Shown in pieces: positions 10,816 to 23,921 of a stretch of 64,000 bases of DNA; position 1 is the first letter of the stretch; each line of letters opens with the position of its first letter. The position numbers and the translations under genes are program-made. This DNA is from Sphyrna mokarran (Eukaryota): the NCBI GenBank assembly GCA_024679065.1, contig JAGIQG010000036.1:12648001-12712000 (forward strand), written 5' to 3'. The notes beneath the pieces were generated by a model. The model was not told the DNA's origin. It worked only from the letters and a program-made list of their open reading frames with translations, and did not search any database.

Positions 10816-13509
10816 TACTTTAAGAAATTGATACAAATGCTCTGAATGTTACCAGTTTCCAATCCGTGGTGGTCGAATACAGAAGTATTTCTTGTGCAGA
10901 TCCAAAATGAAAGCGAAATACTGTAAATGCTGCAAATCTGAAAAAAAAAACCACTTTGGCCTTTAAAGAGGATTCACATTATGCTCCAATCCTTAACTCT
11001 GCTCCTCACTTCACAGGTGCTGGTTTCCCGAATTATTTCTCCGAGAGCCCGAAATGGAAGGAAGTCGCGATTCGACACAAATCTGTGGATAGTTGCACCC
11101 CTCAAATTTCCCAGAAGAGGCGATCATCGCTAGATTGGCACTCCTCTCCTTTGGACCTATTGAGTGCATTTATCTTCAAACACTGGCCATCTCAAAGCAT
11201 TAAACTTAAAGGTCTCCGTGTTTAAACGTTTCTTTGACAAGTCAGAGAAAGAGTAAATGTACGTCCGCCGAATCGTGGCCTGGTGTGGGCGGAACATTAG
11301 AATGGGCCGGTAGTGAGTCCGAGGTTGTGGGGGTGGGAGGTCACTGAGGCAATGGGGGCAATCACTTAACTTATAGTTAAGTGATGGGCGGGCAGGCACT
11401 CGCGAAGCTGGGGGGGGGGGGGGTGCGTAGGGGATAGCGAGCAGATGAGGGTCTTTGGGGAGGAGGAGTGGGTGGAGGTTCAATTACCTAGGAGCTTAAA
11501 GTCGCAGTTCCCGCAGTTGTTCCTGGACAATTATTCTACTGAGAAGCTCGGAGCAATCTCAAGTCTCAGGTTGAGATGCAGGATAATTGTCCGTTGGGAA
11601 TTCAAAATTTCCGGGCATTTTCCATGCAGTCGTTTCCTGGAGAGCTGGCATCAGCGGACTGGAAAATTTTTAATTCTGCCCAAGAAGTGGTGAGAATATG
11701 AAGTCCATTACCAAAGAACTTTTGCTGTGCTAAATAGTATCCATGGCGAAGAGAGAGAAAGGATTAGATGTATCCTTGATAGGGTGAGAGAAAGCGAAAC
11801 GGAGCGGGGTGATGTGAGAATAATAAATGGGTCTTTGAAAACGTTGGGCGAAGTGATCTTGATCCGTGGTCTGTGATTCTATAACGCTTTACGTCACGTC
11901 AAATTGCTTTCCTGATTCAAGCAGAACTTCTCATCTGGAAAATGAGACTTGAAGGGTTAAATTCCTTACCGTGCTGAACACATAGGTTGTTGAAAGGACA
12001 CAGAGAGTCTGACAGAAAAGTGGGTTAACGATTTTTAACAAGTGTTTAAACGGTCTCCGGGAGCCAGGTGTGCAGAGAGATTGCTATCTGAATAGATGTC
12101 GCCATTTTGGGCTCTGAATCACAATTGGCATGATTAATGGTTCCAAGGTTAACAATTCTTTGTTTGGGTGGATTTCTTCCTCGCAGAGCAGTGAAAATAG
12201 AGGGAAATTTGAATGAGATTTTGGAAATCGTTGCGCATTTTGATAATTAGATAATGAGAAAAAGTGCAAGGACTTGATATCATTTGAAAGAATGGCAGTA
12301 AAATAGAGACCATTGCTTCATGTTGAATGGCAAAATAATCAGATTGGGAACATAGGAATTATGAACAGGAGTGGGCTACTTTCCCATAAACTTGTTTATG
12401 GTTGTTTTACGTTAACGCTATTTCCTTCCCAAATTCCTTGATCAGTCGATCAATAGGAGATCAGTAGCAAACCAGTGAGAGATCAAGTGAATCTTTCACC
12501 ACAACGAAATATGCCCTGTGGAATGGCAATGCCTGAAGGGCAGTAGAAGTAAATTCCATAGAAAATGCTAAAATATGACCAGAGAAATATCCAAATATTT
12601 GGAACAGGTCAGGAGAATGTGCAATGACCTTAAAGAAAATACTGGCATTATGGACAGAATGTCCTTTCTTTGAGTTGTCTCAATTTCTGATTTCTCTCAT
12701 CACGACTGCAATAGCGTGAATACTTCGTGGTAAACACCCTTTTTTATTCATTCGTGGGACATGTGCGTCAGTGGCTGGGCCAGCATTTATTGCCCATCGC
12801 TAGTTGCCTAATGGCAGCTCAGAGTCAACCATATTGCTATAGGTTGGAAGTCACATGTAAGCCATACACAGTAAGGATTGTAGATTTCCCTCCCTAAAGG
12901 TCATTAGTAAAACAGATGTTTTTTTTTCTGACAATCGTTTCATGGTCAACATATTCTTAATTCCTGATCTTTTAAACTTAAATTCAAATTCCACCAATAA
13001 TCGTGGTGCGAATCGAGTCCAGGCCCCCAGGGCATTAGAGGTTTCTGGATTAAGAATCTAGCGATAGTAACATCAGGCCATCGCCTGTCCCTATTGGGCC
13101 GGCAAGCTTGGAAAGTATCCAATGGCATAGTCGCAAGCTGCGTAATAGTTTGTTCTACCTCCCTCCCTTCTTTCAGACATATCCCATCTCGAAAATTGTT
13201 TGTAAAATGCAGAAACTTCCTTATCCGAAATTTCTGCATGGAACGCTAAAAGAATGTGTAAAATATTTAGTAAAAGAGATGGTGATTCAACGTTAATGAA
13301 ATAAATAAATAAAGCATTATATTTTAGTATTGAAACCTGATGTACGCTGTTAGTTAGGTAAATAAAGATGTTGATAGTTCAACAATACATGACATTTGGA
13401 TACATCGATAATAGATAGATAGGTAGATAAACAGATGGTTGTAACTCCTATTAATTTTTCGGATGTATTTGGTTTTTGTCGAACTCATGCATCTTTCTGA
13501 GCCACTGTG

Positions 13510-14329
13510 TAAACTCCAGGCGCAGTAATACATGGCTGAGTGATTGGCCTGCAGGCTTGAAGATTCCAGGTAAAAGTGAGTGTCGTCCGATTTTCTGGCG
13601 GTGAAACCGTCCACATCCCCTTTGGGAGTGATCTGTGTGCCATAGGAGTAGAAAAGGTTCTGAGGCGCACGATCAGGATGCCATCGATACCAATTGAAAG
13701 CGGAGGTAAACGTTGCATTCATGCAAAGACATTCGATACTGACTGCAGTGCCCGGGGAGATGGATATGTGAGATGGAGTCTGCTGGACAAGCATGGCCGC
13801 ACCATCTGTAAAGCAGAGAGAAAAGACTGATATTAACCTTGACACCCTTTGAGGGGATACAATAACAGAGAGCGAAAGAAAGCTGAGACAAGAATGAGAG
13901 TGGGAGAGTAAGTATAGAGATAGAGAAAGACAGGAAAGCAAGCAAAGTGTGCCAGGCGAGAATGAGAGGCAAGAACAGAGAAAACCAAGCACAATCGATA
14001 GATCATGAAGGGATTGAAAGAAAAAGGGAGAAAGAGTGGAAACACACTGAGAGACAAGCGGACGAAGATCGGGTCAAACTAGAGAAATACATAAGCAAAG
14101 AAGGGAGAAACAGAGTGGCAGGGAGAGAAAAAAAGTGACAGAGACTATGGCAACAAAGAGAGACGGGGGAATCTACACCTTCAAGCGATGTTAAGCAGCT
14201 CAGAACTGAGGTTAGCCCCTAATTGAGACACGCAATACAAAAAACAGTGAACCTCACTGACAACTCGGAGGCTAGTTTCACTTTACCCGATAACAGCAGC
14301 AAGAAGACCCAAAGCCCAGACCTATACAT
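13510..14329 (-). CDS. TRBV: TCR beta V gene V4 (CAWS family), inverted
   Basis: Leader 14329-14287 (MYRSGLWVFLLLLS). V exon 13805-13510 DGAAMLVQQTP..IECLC..WYRWH..YYCAWSL. Consensus RSS CACAGTG (13509-13503), 23 bp, ACAAAAACC (13479-13471). Confidence 0.95.
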
Positions 14330-15534
14330 CTTTAAAGGGTATTTAACTGCAGGATTTCTCAAATTCTTGATAGTGGGAATCTCTTATCCTCTAAGTTATT
14401 AAACGGATGAGGGCAAGCGATCACCTTATAATGGGTTGGCACAACACGTCATTTCCGGAGTGGAGCTAATTGGACTCCGCATGTTTACGTTTCGTCTTTC
14501 GCCATCAGATTCTAAAGTTAGCTTAAACCGAAAACACCGGCTTTCGAGTGGTGGATTTAGTCTGGATCCGTCAATCAATTTTATCCATTACCTTTCCCTG
14601 CTTTAACTCTCTGCAGACAGTGCTGTTTTGTTTTCCTAATGTAGTATGCTAGAAATGTTGCTGCTCTGTTAGTACAGAATGCTAGGCTAATTGATTCATG
14701 GACACGAGTTTCATACCATATCCTGGCAGCAAATCTGCAATAAAGAGCCTGTTTTCAGTATTAGTGTGATGACCCTAGGGGGTATCCGGAAAAGCCAGTC
14801 TGCTTTACTAATGTATAAGAGAAGCAAATCTGCCATCATTACTCGTTCTGTCCCCTGCATGATCCGCCATAGGCAAATGTGGTAAGGGGGTCCAGTGTTG
14901 GGGGGAGGGAGGATATTCGTCATCTCTGTACACAGGAGTTAAACGTGGTTTTAATACTTCTGACTTTTTCCCGAGAAGCTATTCCGCTAAGATAGTTGGA
15001 CAAGTTTGAACTCTCAACTTTAAATCAGTTTATCGGATGATTTCAAATGCTGGGTAATAGCCTAGCGGGAGTTCAAACTTTCTCCGGATTCCCAGGAGCA
15101 TCGTCAGCGTCTCTCGTGGAGTACACTGGGGTACGATTCCGCGGCCATAGGAAGATTTAGGCCAACAGAGTCTGGGATAGCGTATTATTTTTTTAAGACA
15201 TTATCTAAAACCAGAGATGCCTTTATTATTTGCTATGTTCATATCCTCAGATAAAGTAGGTTGAGAGGGGGCTAATGTGGAAGGTAAATGATGGCACAGG
15301 ACACTTGGACGGAATTGCCTCGACTGTGTTCTAAATTCGGTGTCACTCTATGTAATATGAAGTGCCAGTGAGGGAACATATATGGGACTGTGATCATTGC
15401 ATAGAAGTTTTAGGGTGACAATGGAAAAAGACAATGAACTGGGGTAAAGAGGGCTTCAATGAGATAAGAACAGATTATCGTCAAAACCTCGCAGCAAAAC
15501 AAAAGGTGAACAAAGTGCTATGCTCAGAGAAGAG

Positions 15535-16214
15535 ATGGCCAGATGCCATCAATACCAGCTGCTGTCATCTTCTTTAGTGTGAAGGCATTTGACGCTGATT
15601 AGGAGGGCCCGGGAATTGGATATAAAAGCTGGAGTCTGTTGACCAGTACAGCTGCCACTTCCGTAAATCAGAAATTGAAAAGGCAGAGGTATAAACTTTG
15701 AAAACTTCAAGGGGATATAAAAATAGGCAGTGGAAGGCCTGGGGGTGAGAAGAGGTATGAGACTGAGAGCGGGGCAGCGAGGCAGTGATAGAGCGATAAA
15801 CAGAAAAAAAAACAGATAAAAAGAGGGAAGGTTAGAATGAGAAAAACAGATGGAGATAACGGGAACCTCAGGTAAAACAAAGGGGAGGGGATTGGCCACG
15901 GAAGGTCTCGAATAGGATAAAGAGAGAGAAGAAACACACAGAGCACTGAGAGACAATCGGACGAAGGAAGGAGCCTAAAGAATGAAATTAGTAGATAGAT
16001 TATCAGAGAGAGGAATGGAGTGACAGAGGGAGGGAGTCAGAGTGATAAATAGACACAGCGTCGGCAAAACAGAGATATTAAATCTACAACTTTAAACGTC
16101 TTGGAATTAGCGTGGAAAGTGGATTAACCCCCAATCGGTCGCGCAGTCAATAACAGTCAAGATTACTGACACATCAGACGCCAGCAACAGAATCCAGAAC
16201 CGAAACACAAACAT
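15535..16214 (-). pseudogene. TRBV: TCR beta V pseudogene V5 (CAWS family), truncated
   Basis: Leader-like MFVFRFWILLL from 16214 with the donor region deleted. Acceptor mutated to TACGG. Frameshift before QQTPAFIS, stop in WY*WH. No 3' half or RSS. Confidence 0.85.
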
Positions 16215-16981
16215 TCTGAAAGGTTCTTTGATAGAAGATTTCTCAAACTTTGGGCAGTGGGTGAGAATTTCTCCTCTTCCAAGTTGTTCCACTTATAAGT
16301 GCAAGGGACCAATATATTGCTGGTTGGTTCACCCGAGTCATTTCTGGGATGGAGCGAATGCGATTCGGGATATCTACTTTTCCTCCATCGATAGCAGGCT
16401 CTGAAGTTATTTAAACCTGCTTCAACAGCTTTTCGGCAAGTGCTGGATTATTGTTATTGAAGCAACCAATAAATTGTATGCAAAACAATTTAATTGTTGC
16501 TCTGCCTTGGTCACTGGGTCACATTCTGTGTGGCAACCCCAACAACAGTCCTGAGAAACCGACAAAGGGCGCCCAGGCTGCTAGCGAGCAAGCCTTTAAA
16601 CCCCAGATGTGTATACGCCAAGACAGGAATATACTAGCCTGCCTCGGCCATAAAGGAGAGGCTACTTTATAACCTTTGGCTTCACCAGAGATGGCAATCA
16701 ATCTTTTGATAGTTTTATGGGTACCGCCACCTTATTTCTCCCCTAAGACGTGCGAGACTTGGCCTGTCAACCCTTTGCCAATATTTGGGCCTTGTATCGA
16801 AGGGAACTTAACCCCATGAACCATCTGCACAATCAGGGGACTGGTGCCTTTTTAACCCTTAATACAGGAATTAACGAGTCAACAGGAAACCCAGATTCTT
16901 CTGTCGTCACGTCCTGAAGAGAGTTTTATCGACTGCTGCCTGCAAACCATCCAATAGCAGATTCAACCTCCAGTGTGTAAG

Positions 16982-17796
16982 ATGCAGACAGCCGTTCTCC
17001 TTGTTTTCCTCTGCTCTTCATTTCTAGGTATTTCGCCAATGTTTATAACGCTAAAACCTCACCTGTGTTTTCTTCCATTACTAACAAGCTGGACTGAAAA
17101 AAAAACATAACAGTCGTTTTTTATTAGTATACTTAAATTCTAGGGCTAGCTTGATCGTGGATGGAATCTCCTGCAGAATCATACTAGATTAATTAACTTT
17201 CTGAGGAAATGAGAAGTGTTAAGATTTTCATATTTCTACTAAAATTATGTTGACCTGAACATGTGTCCGTATTGAGGACAATTTAACTGTCTTATAGTAC
17301 TCGTGTATCTATCTATCTGTGAATTACCTGTCTGCCTATCTATTTAACAGGCTACGATCTACTTGTTTCTTACCTATCTACCTACATAGCATCTACTTTT
17401 TCATTATCTATCCGGTCATTTAATGTCTTTTTAACTCATTTTCCTGTCACCCATGACGATTTAAGTATTGTAAATATTCTCCTTATTTCTCCAGGCAAAA
17501 CACTGGCACAGCTGACACACCAATGGCCAGTCCGGATGGCCGTGAATAAAGGCGAGGCAATAGAATTAAATTGTTACCAAAACGACAGCAGCAAGACCCT
17601 GATGCTCTGGTATCAGCATTACCCTGGCGTGGCTTTCCGCCTAATGGGTTATCATACTAATGGAGTTGGAGCTACTTACGAAGGAAACTTCGAGAACGAG
17701 ATCAAGATTACGCGGCCCGAGCAGAAGAAGTGTACCTTGAGGATTTTGAAAGTGAAGGTTGCGGATTCGGCAATGTATTACTGTGCAAGCAGTGAG
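16982..17796 (+). CDS. TRBV: TCR beta V gene V6 (CASS family)
   Basis: Leader 16982-17027 (MQTAVLLVFLCSSFL). V exon 17495-17796 GKTLAQLTHQWP..ELNCYQ..MLWYQHYPG..DSAMYYCASSE. RSS CACAGAG (17797-17803), 23 bp, ACAAACAAA (17827-17835). Confidence 0.94.
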
Positions 17797-18321
17797 CACA
17801 GAGCTGCGGATCGTGATAGTGTCAATACAAACAAAAAGCAATCGGATAAGCCGCCGCAGCCGCTAATGTCTTCCCACTTCAACGGTCGATTCTCCGACCA
17901 ATCAGTTACTTTTGAGTTTCGCTAATGAATTCGCTGATGATAATTTACTATCTGACAAGTCCCGCACCGGAAATGACGACTAATACAAAAGCAAAATACT
18001 GCGGACGCTGACAACATGATGCAAAACCGAAATCTGGAAATCATTGGCAACTATCATTAGCAACTATCATTGCAACTATCACACAATTATCATTGTGGCA
18101 ACAAGTAATGCCTAAACTGCTGAATACTTCTGGTATGTATTTTTTTTACTCAGGGAATCACAATTCGTGCTCTGGGAGCCAAAAGAAGGAGTAAAAAGAA
18201 TGAAGGCTTTGCCCTTTCCATTTGTCCAATTAACATCCGGGGCAAAGGGACAACAAATCGCACTCAGTGTTGAGAACTTCGAGAATATGCTGTGAATACG
18301 CAGGTCTTTCAGCTTCCAGAA

Positions 18322-19207
18322 ATGTCTCTGTCTGAGCTCTGCATTTGCTATTGCTGACCCCTGGTAAGGTGGAGATGTCAGTGTTGACTTGCTTTGGAGT
18401 TGATGTTCCACTCCGTAGGGTAAATTCACCATTCATCAGGGATTAATTCACAGTTACGTTGCCAGTTTTTTCCATGACTCTTTCAATCCCTGTGTTTTTT
18501 TTCTGTTCCTCTCGGCCTTTCACAGTTTTCCCATTCTATACTGACCCTTCCTTTGTCCGTCTGTCTCTGTCTTTGCGTGTTTTCCTCGTAGTCATTATTG
18601 CATTCCCTCCATTTTATCCCAGCGATTGTTCTTGCTTTCCTTTTTGTAATCCCCTTGCTCTGTGTCTGTGTACTATTCAGTGTGTGTGTGTGTGTGTGTA
18701 TGTGTATTTCTTTCGCTCTCTTCTTGTCTGTTTGCATTTCTTCTATTTCCCACCTTTATTTCTCATTTTCTACAATGTTGCATCTCTCACACACGAACAC
18801 ACAAACTCAGTCAATCTTTGTTTTTCATATCTGTCTTCCATGCTTATTTTATGTGCCCATCAATAGATATCAAAGTTAACTTCCTTATTTTTCCACAGTG
18901 GGTTTTACAGATATGGCGGCCGTGCTGATGCAACCGACTCTCTCTTTTATATCCAGTTCCCCGGACAGTAAATTCACTAACAAATGCATTATAGGGAACC
19001 ATCAGCCGGAACCTATGTCCATTGCTTTCGATGGCACCCTGACCGTGAGCCTCAAACCCTTTTCTATTCTCGCTTCCTTGGAAGAGTCATTCTGCACGTG
19101 AGGTGAACGGTTCCAACTTGAGTAGGCCTAACAACACTCACTTTTACCTGGAGCCCTCTGGCCTGTGGGCGCATCACTCGGCCCCGTACTATTGCACCTG
19201 GAGTTTA
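18322..19207 (+). pseudogene. TRBV: TCR beta V pseudogene V7 (CAWS family)
   Basis: Frameshifted leader (ATG 18322, early TGA). V exon from 18911 with several frameshifts, ending ..HSAPYYCTWSL. RSS CACAATG with only a 13-bp spacer before ACAAAAGTC. Confidence 0.9.
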
Positions 19208-20552
19208 CACAATGACGAAACCCCTCAACAAAAGTCCTAACAGTGGTCAAAATATAACTATAGCCAACGGAACTCTGTTGTCGGTCAGCCTCTGTGTCTC
19301 GCTGTGTCAATCAATCAATCGGCTCGCCGCGCGCCCATCCTCCGCCCGTCCGTCTGTCTATCTCAACTATTTCCGTCCCGATAGCTGACAGGTGAAGCTG
19401 AATCAGAATTTTATTTAATTGATCGAGTGATCTTTTTGTTCTCTTTTATTTCAGATTATGACATTCTGTTATTACTGATGCTGTTTTCATTAAATTAGTC
19501 GCTATGTTTGATAAACTATTCCATGAAGAGATAGTTAAGGCTATTGGATTTTCCCGGCTCATTCTGTTTGGAAGTTTCTGTTGGATCTGTTGCAGAGCGA
19601 TGAAGAGTCTTTTGCAGATGAGGAGGATACTAAACACCTGCAACTCGGAATCATGTACCAATTCGCTTAATTACGCTGGTGACCCGCTCCTTTACCCATC
19701 GATATTAGTTTCGGATCTTTCGTATTTACTTACTCATCAAAATATTGCAGATATTTGTCTTTCAGATATTTCCGGAACCTCCATGCTCTAGGTGAAACAA
19801 TTCCACAGAAATAAGAAATAATTAAATCCATAAATATATTACTCATGATTCGAACAATGCAAATGTGAGACATCTCTGCAGATACTTCGTCAATGGGTCA
19901 CCTATCCTAACAGCCGTTTGTGCATATGATGAATGCCGTTTACAGAATCTGTGCTATTCACCTTAACCCCACCCGTGTGTTAAAGCCCAGGCCAGACACT
20001 CCAAAGTGTTTTGTGAAGATAACCTAGACACCATGTTTTGCATTTGATTTTGTGATTGGTGAGTAAAAGTTGGTTCACTCCAGGTATGATTCAAGTGACC
20101 CACTTGGAAGCTTTGCTCAAAAGGTTATTTAAGGACAGAGTTACGATATAACAAAAATAATAAGCATAACTTTAATCACTTAAAAGACTTAGCATGAAGG
20201 AGTATAAACCTTCACAGCTAACTATCTGTGTTGTTCCGACTTAACAGCAATGTCCAATTAACATACAGCCTTATTCAGAATTAGTTAACATTAAAACAAG
20301 TGTGGTCATGTAATGTTAGATTTCCAGGTTTTAACATCAATGGTTGAAATCCAAACAACAATTTTCAGAGAAGGCTATATCCTCAAGGCAGTAAAACAGA
20401 GAAGTAAACCTAGTCTCTATCAGCCTCCAAAGCAGCAACACTCAGATGCAGAAAGTCCAACTCGAGAAAGGGGGAAAACACTGCTGTCTATCTCTCGCAG
20501 CTCCAAGCAGCATCTGAGCTTGAATATCTGTGTAAGCCCAGCTTCCACCATC

Positions 20553-20961
20553 AAAGAACAAAGAACAAAGAACAACACAGCGCGGGAAACAGGCCCTTCG
20601 GCCCAACGAGCCCACGCTGCCATTCTAACGTCTTAATGACATATAGGGTCCAATATAGGGACAATTTGTTATCCAATCAGTCTAAGAGCACATTTTTGGG
20701 ATGTGGGAGGAAACTGGAGCACCCGGAGAAAACCCACGCAACCACAGGGAGAACGCGCAAACTCCCGCAGACATAGGCCCAAATCCATGTGTCTGCACAG
20801 CAACAGCGATAGTCCCTGAGCTGTCATGTTGCCCATCTGATGGTCCAGTTTAAGCATACACTGACGACATGAAGCACTAGGCCACTCCTGAAGCAACATC
20901 CAAGAGCAGCCCTCGCACGACCTGCCAAATGCATGCACCTTGTTGGTCAACAAGGTGGACC
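20553..20961 (-). mobile_element. Composite V-SINE with extra 5' module (copy 1)
   Basis: Homologous over its full length to 52468-52917 and 30554-31007; (TTCTTTG)n tail. Confidence 0.85.
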
Positions 20962-21623
20962 GAATTGCCTGTGGAAACAAATAAGATATTTAGACAGTCC
21001 TGCTATATCCCTCTATCTGCAGACCGCTCATGTGGCTGTCCAAGAGACCTTTAAACAACCCTACCGTGTGCCTGCTCCCACCACCTTACTCGGTAGTGCA
21101 TTCCACACCCCCACTACCCTTTGTGTGAAAAACTGCCCTCTAATATTCGTCTTTTCCATAGCCCCCCTCACCCTAAGGCCATGACCCCTCGTTCTATCCA
21201 TTTCTAATGGTGGAAAAACTTGTTCCCTATTCAATTAATTCCATTCTCTGTTCGCTCCCACATCACTGCATTTAGTTTCACCGTCAATATTTTATGCAAT
21301 TCAACTCAGAAATATATTATTGACTGCGTTTCGATCTGAATTTCAGGCAGTTCATTTTCTTTTGTATAATTGACAGATTTTCCCAAACATCTGATACTTT
21401 TGCCAGTGCTCTGAGTTATTTGGTAATATTTTCTTCCTCATTGGCCCTGCACCAGAATTGAAGACTACTAAAAAAGCAAACTATGCTGGCATTTTAATAA
21501 AAACCGAAAAGTTTGAAATGTTCAGTAGATCTGACAACATCTGTGGAGAGAATCACATTTACCGTTTCGTCTCTGCTGATATCTGAACTGGTTAATGTTG
21601 CTAATATTTTCTCTTCTTATTCA

Positions 21624-21654
21624 GGAAATGACGAATCTTATTCTGGGAGCCAAT
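21624..21654 (+). promoter_or_regulatory. V promoter module GGAAATGAC (Ets/CRE half-site) + CCAAT, example at V8
   Basis: Same motif upstream of V1 (3991-3999), V4 (14448-14456) and V9 (23773-23781); variants at V10 and V3. Confidence 0.6.
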
Positions 21655-21813
21655 GGAAAACTCAAAAAGATTTACCCCTCCCATCAGACTACTTAATATT
21701 CATAACATGGGAACAGCAAATTTCACTCAGTTTCAGGAACTTCTGAGATATTAGGCATTAACACGGCTCAGTGGTTTCACATTGTGAACGCAGGAGTCTT
21801 TCTGCCTCCAAAG

Positions 21814-22733
21814 ATGTCTCCGCCTCAACTCTGGGCTCTGTTGCCGCTGTTGGCTGGTAAGGAAGAGTTGAAGGGCGAAGTGTCATTGATCCTCACGTTA
21901 TAGCGTCTGAGTTGAGATGTTTTGGATTGAGGTTCTTCCGATCTCCGGGAATTCATTCACACCTATTGTAGATACAAATGATCTGCCGCTGTTAGGATGC
22001 CGCTTCTTTCTCTCAATCTCAGTGTTCCTTTCTCTCTGTCTCACTCGGTTCCGAGTTCTTTTATCTCACTGTGATGACCCTCCCTTTGTCCGTTTGTCTC
22101 ATGTACCTCTGCTTGTTTCCTTCTCTGCGATTATATACATATAACAACCATTGTTTTTGCTTCTCTTCTTGTCGTTCCCTCGCTCCCTGTCTGTGCCACG
22201 CTCATTATGCCTTTCTCTCTCTCTCTCTCTCACACTCTTCCCCTCTGCGTTTCTTCTGCTTTTTGATTTTTGCTCTCTTTCTCTGCCACTCTGCATCTCT
22301 CTTTCTCTCTCCCTCTTTCTCGAGTGCACCTTATTTTCATTGATTCACCCCCATCTAGCTTTCACTTTAATTCCTTGTGCCATTAAAGGGATAACAAATT
22401 TAACTCCCTTTTCTTTCCACAGTCGGTTTTACAGTTACGGCGGCCGTGCTAATTCAACAGACTCCCTCTTCCATATCCGGTTTCATAGGCACTGCAATCA
22501 CCATCGAATGCTTTTGCGCAGAAGCAGAAGCTGGCACCTATTTCTACTGGTATGAATGGCATCCTGACCGTAAGCCTCGGAACCTCTTCTACTCCAGCAC
22601 TGCTGGCAGCGTGTTTCCCTCCGGTGAGGTGGATGGTTTCAACGCGAGTAGGCCCCAAAACACCCAATTTTACCTGAAGTCCTCCGGCCTATGGGCGAAT
22701 CACTCGGCCGTGTATTATTGCGCCTGGGGTATG
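21814..22733 (+). CDS. TRBV: TCR beta V gene V8 (CAWS family, CAWG end)
   Basis: Leader 21814-21856 (MSPPQLWALLPLLA). V exon 22435-22733 ..VLIQQTP..IECFC..WYEWH..YYCAWGM. RSS CACAGTT (22734-22740), 23 bp, ACAAAAACC (22764-22772). Confidence 0.95.
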
Positions 22734-23921
22734 CACAGTTACTCATATAGATGCAAACCCTCAACAAAAACCGAACAGGAGTGAAAATATAGTGAAGATA
22801 ATTAAACCCTGTTGTCCCTCGGCCTCTGTGTCTCACGATTTGATGTATACATGTATGCATATATGTACGTATCTATCTATCTATCTGTCTATTTATCTGT
22901 TTATCAGCAATCTTCGCCCCTGTAATTGATAGTAGTTGATAAATCATGATTTATTCCATTGATATCAATAAACTTTTTGCTCTCTTTCATTTCAAATTAT
23001 GGCATTCTATTACTGATATTTTACAACATGATACGTGAAAGTTCTGATGATTTTTCTCATTAAAATAATCGCTATTTAAGTACTCGTTCCAAGAAGGGAT
23101 AGACGCGGTTAATGGTTCTATTGTATTTTTACCCGCTCTTCCAACGAACACGCTTCTCCGTTTTGAATCTGCTGCACCGCCATTCTGAGTGTTTACCAAG
23201 TGGTGATAGGATTGTAGGCATCGGCAACTCTGAATCTTTTGTCAATCCCCTTAAATCGGTGCCCTCTGGTGACCAGATTTTATCTAACCATGTTAGGATC
23301 TGATTTTCATATTAACTCATCAAAGCATTTCAGGATTTCGTCCGCCTTTCCGATCTTCCCGTAGCATCACTAATCTGAGAGAAACAGTTCCACATAAAGG
23401 AGAAGTCTTTAAATCCCTAAACCCGCCACCAAGTTATCTAAAAGTGCAAAGGCAAGACAATTCTTCAGATACGGTCTCCATTGGGGCTCATCTGTATTGT
23501 CTGTTGTATAACTGACTGATTTAACCAGATTATCCTAACCATTTAGTACATTGAGGGACGCTCCTGAATCTGAGTGCTACGCTGGTGCCAGTGTTCCTGA
23601 ATAGCCACGTCCCGAAAATAACGATTAATGAGATAACAAGATGCTCGGATGCTGTAAACCGGAAATAAAACTGAAAAAGCTGGAAAATCTTGGAGAAAGT
23701 CTATGCAGAGAGTTGAAGTTATCTTCTGACCTCAAAGCTGCTGGACATTTCTCGCTTTTTCTATTTTTACTCGGAAATGACACCCGTTCTGGGAGCCAAT
23801 GAGAAAATGAAAAAGATTTGCCCCTCCCATCCGACCATTCCGGACATGGCGACAGCAAATCCCACTCAGTGTTCAGAACTTTGTGAGTGTTGTGAACACA
23901 CTGATCTTTCAGCCTCCGGAG

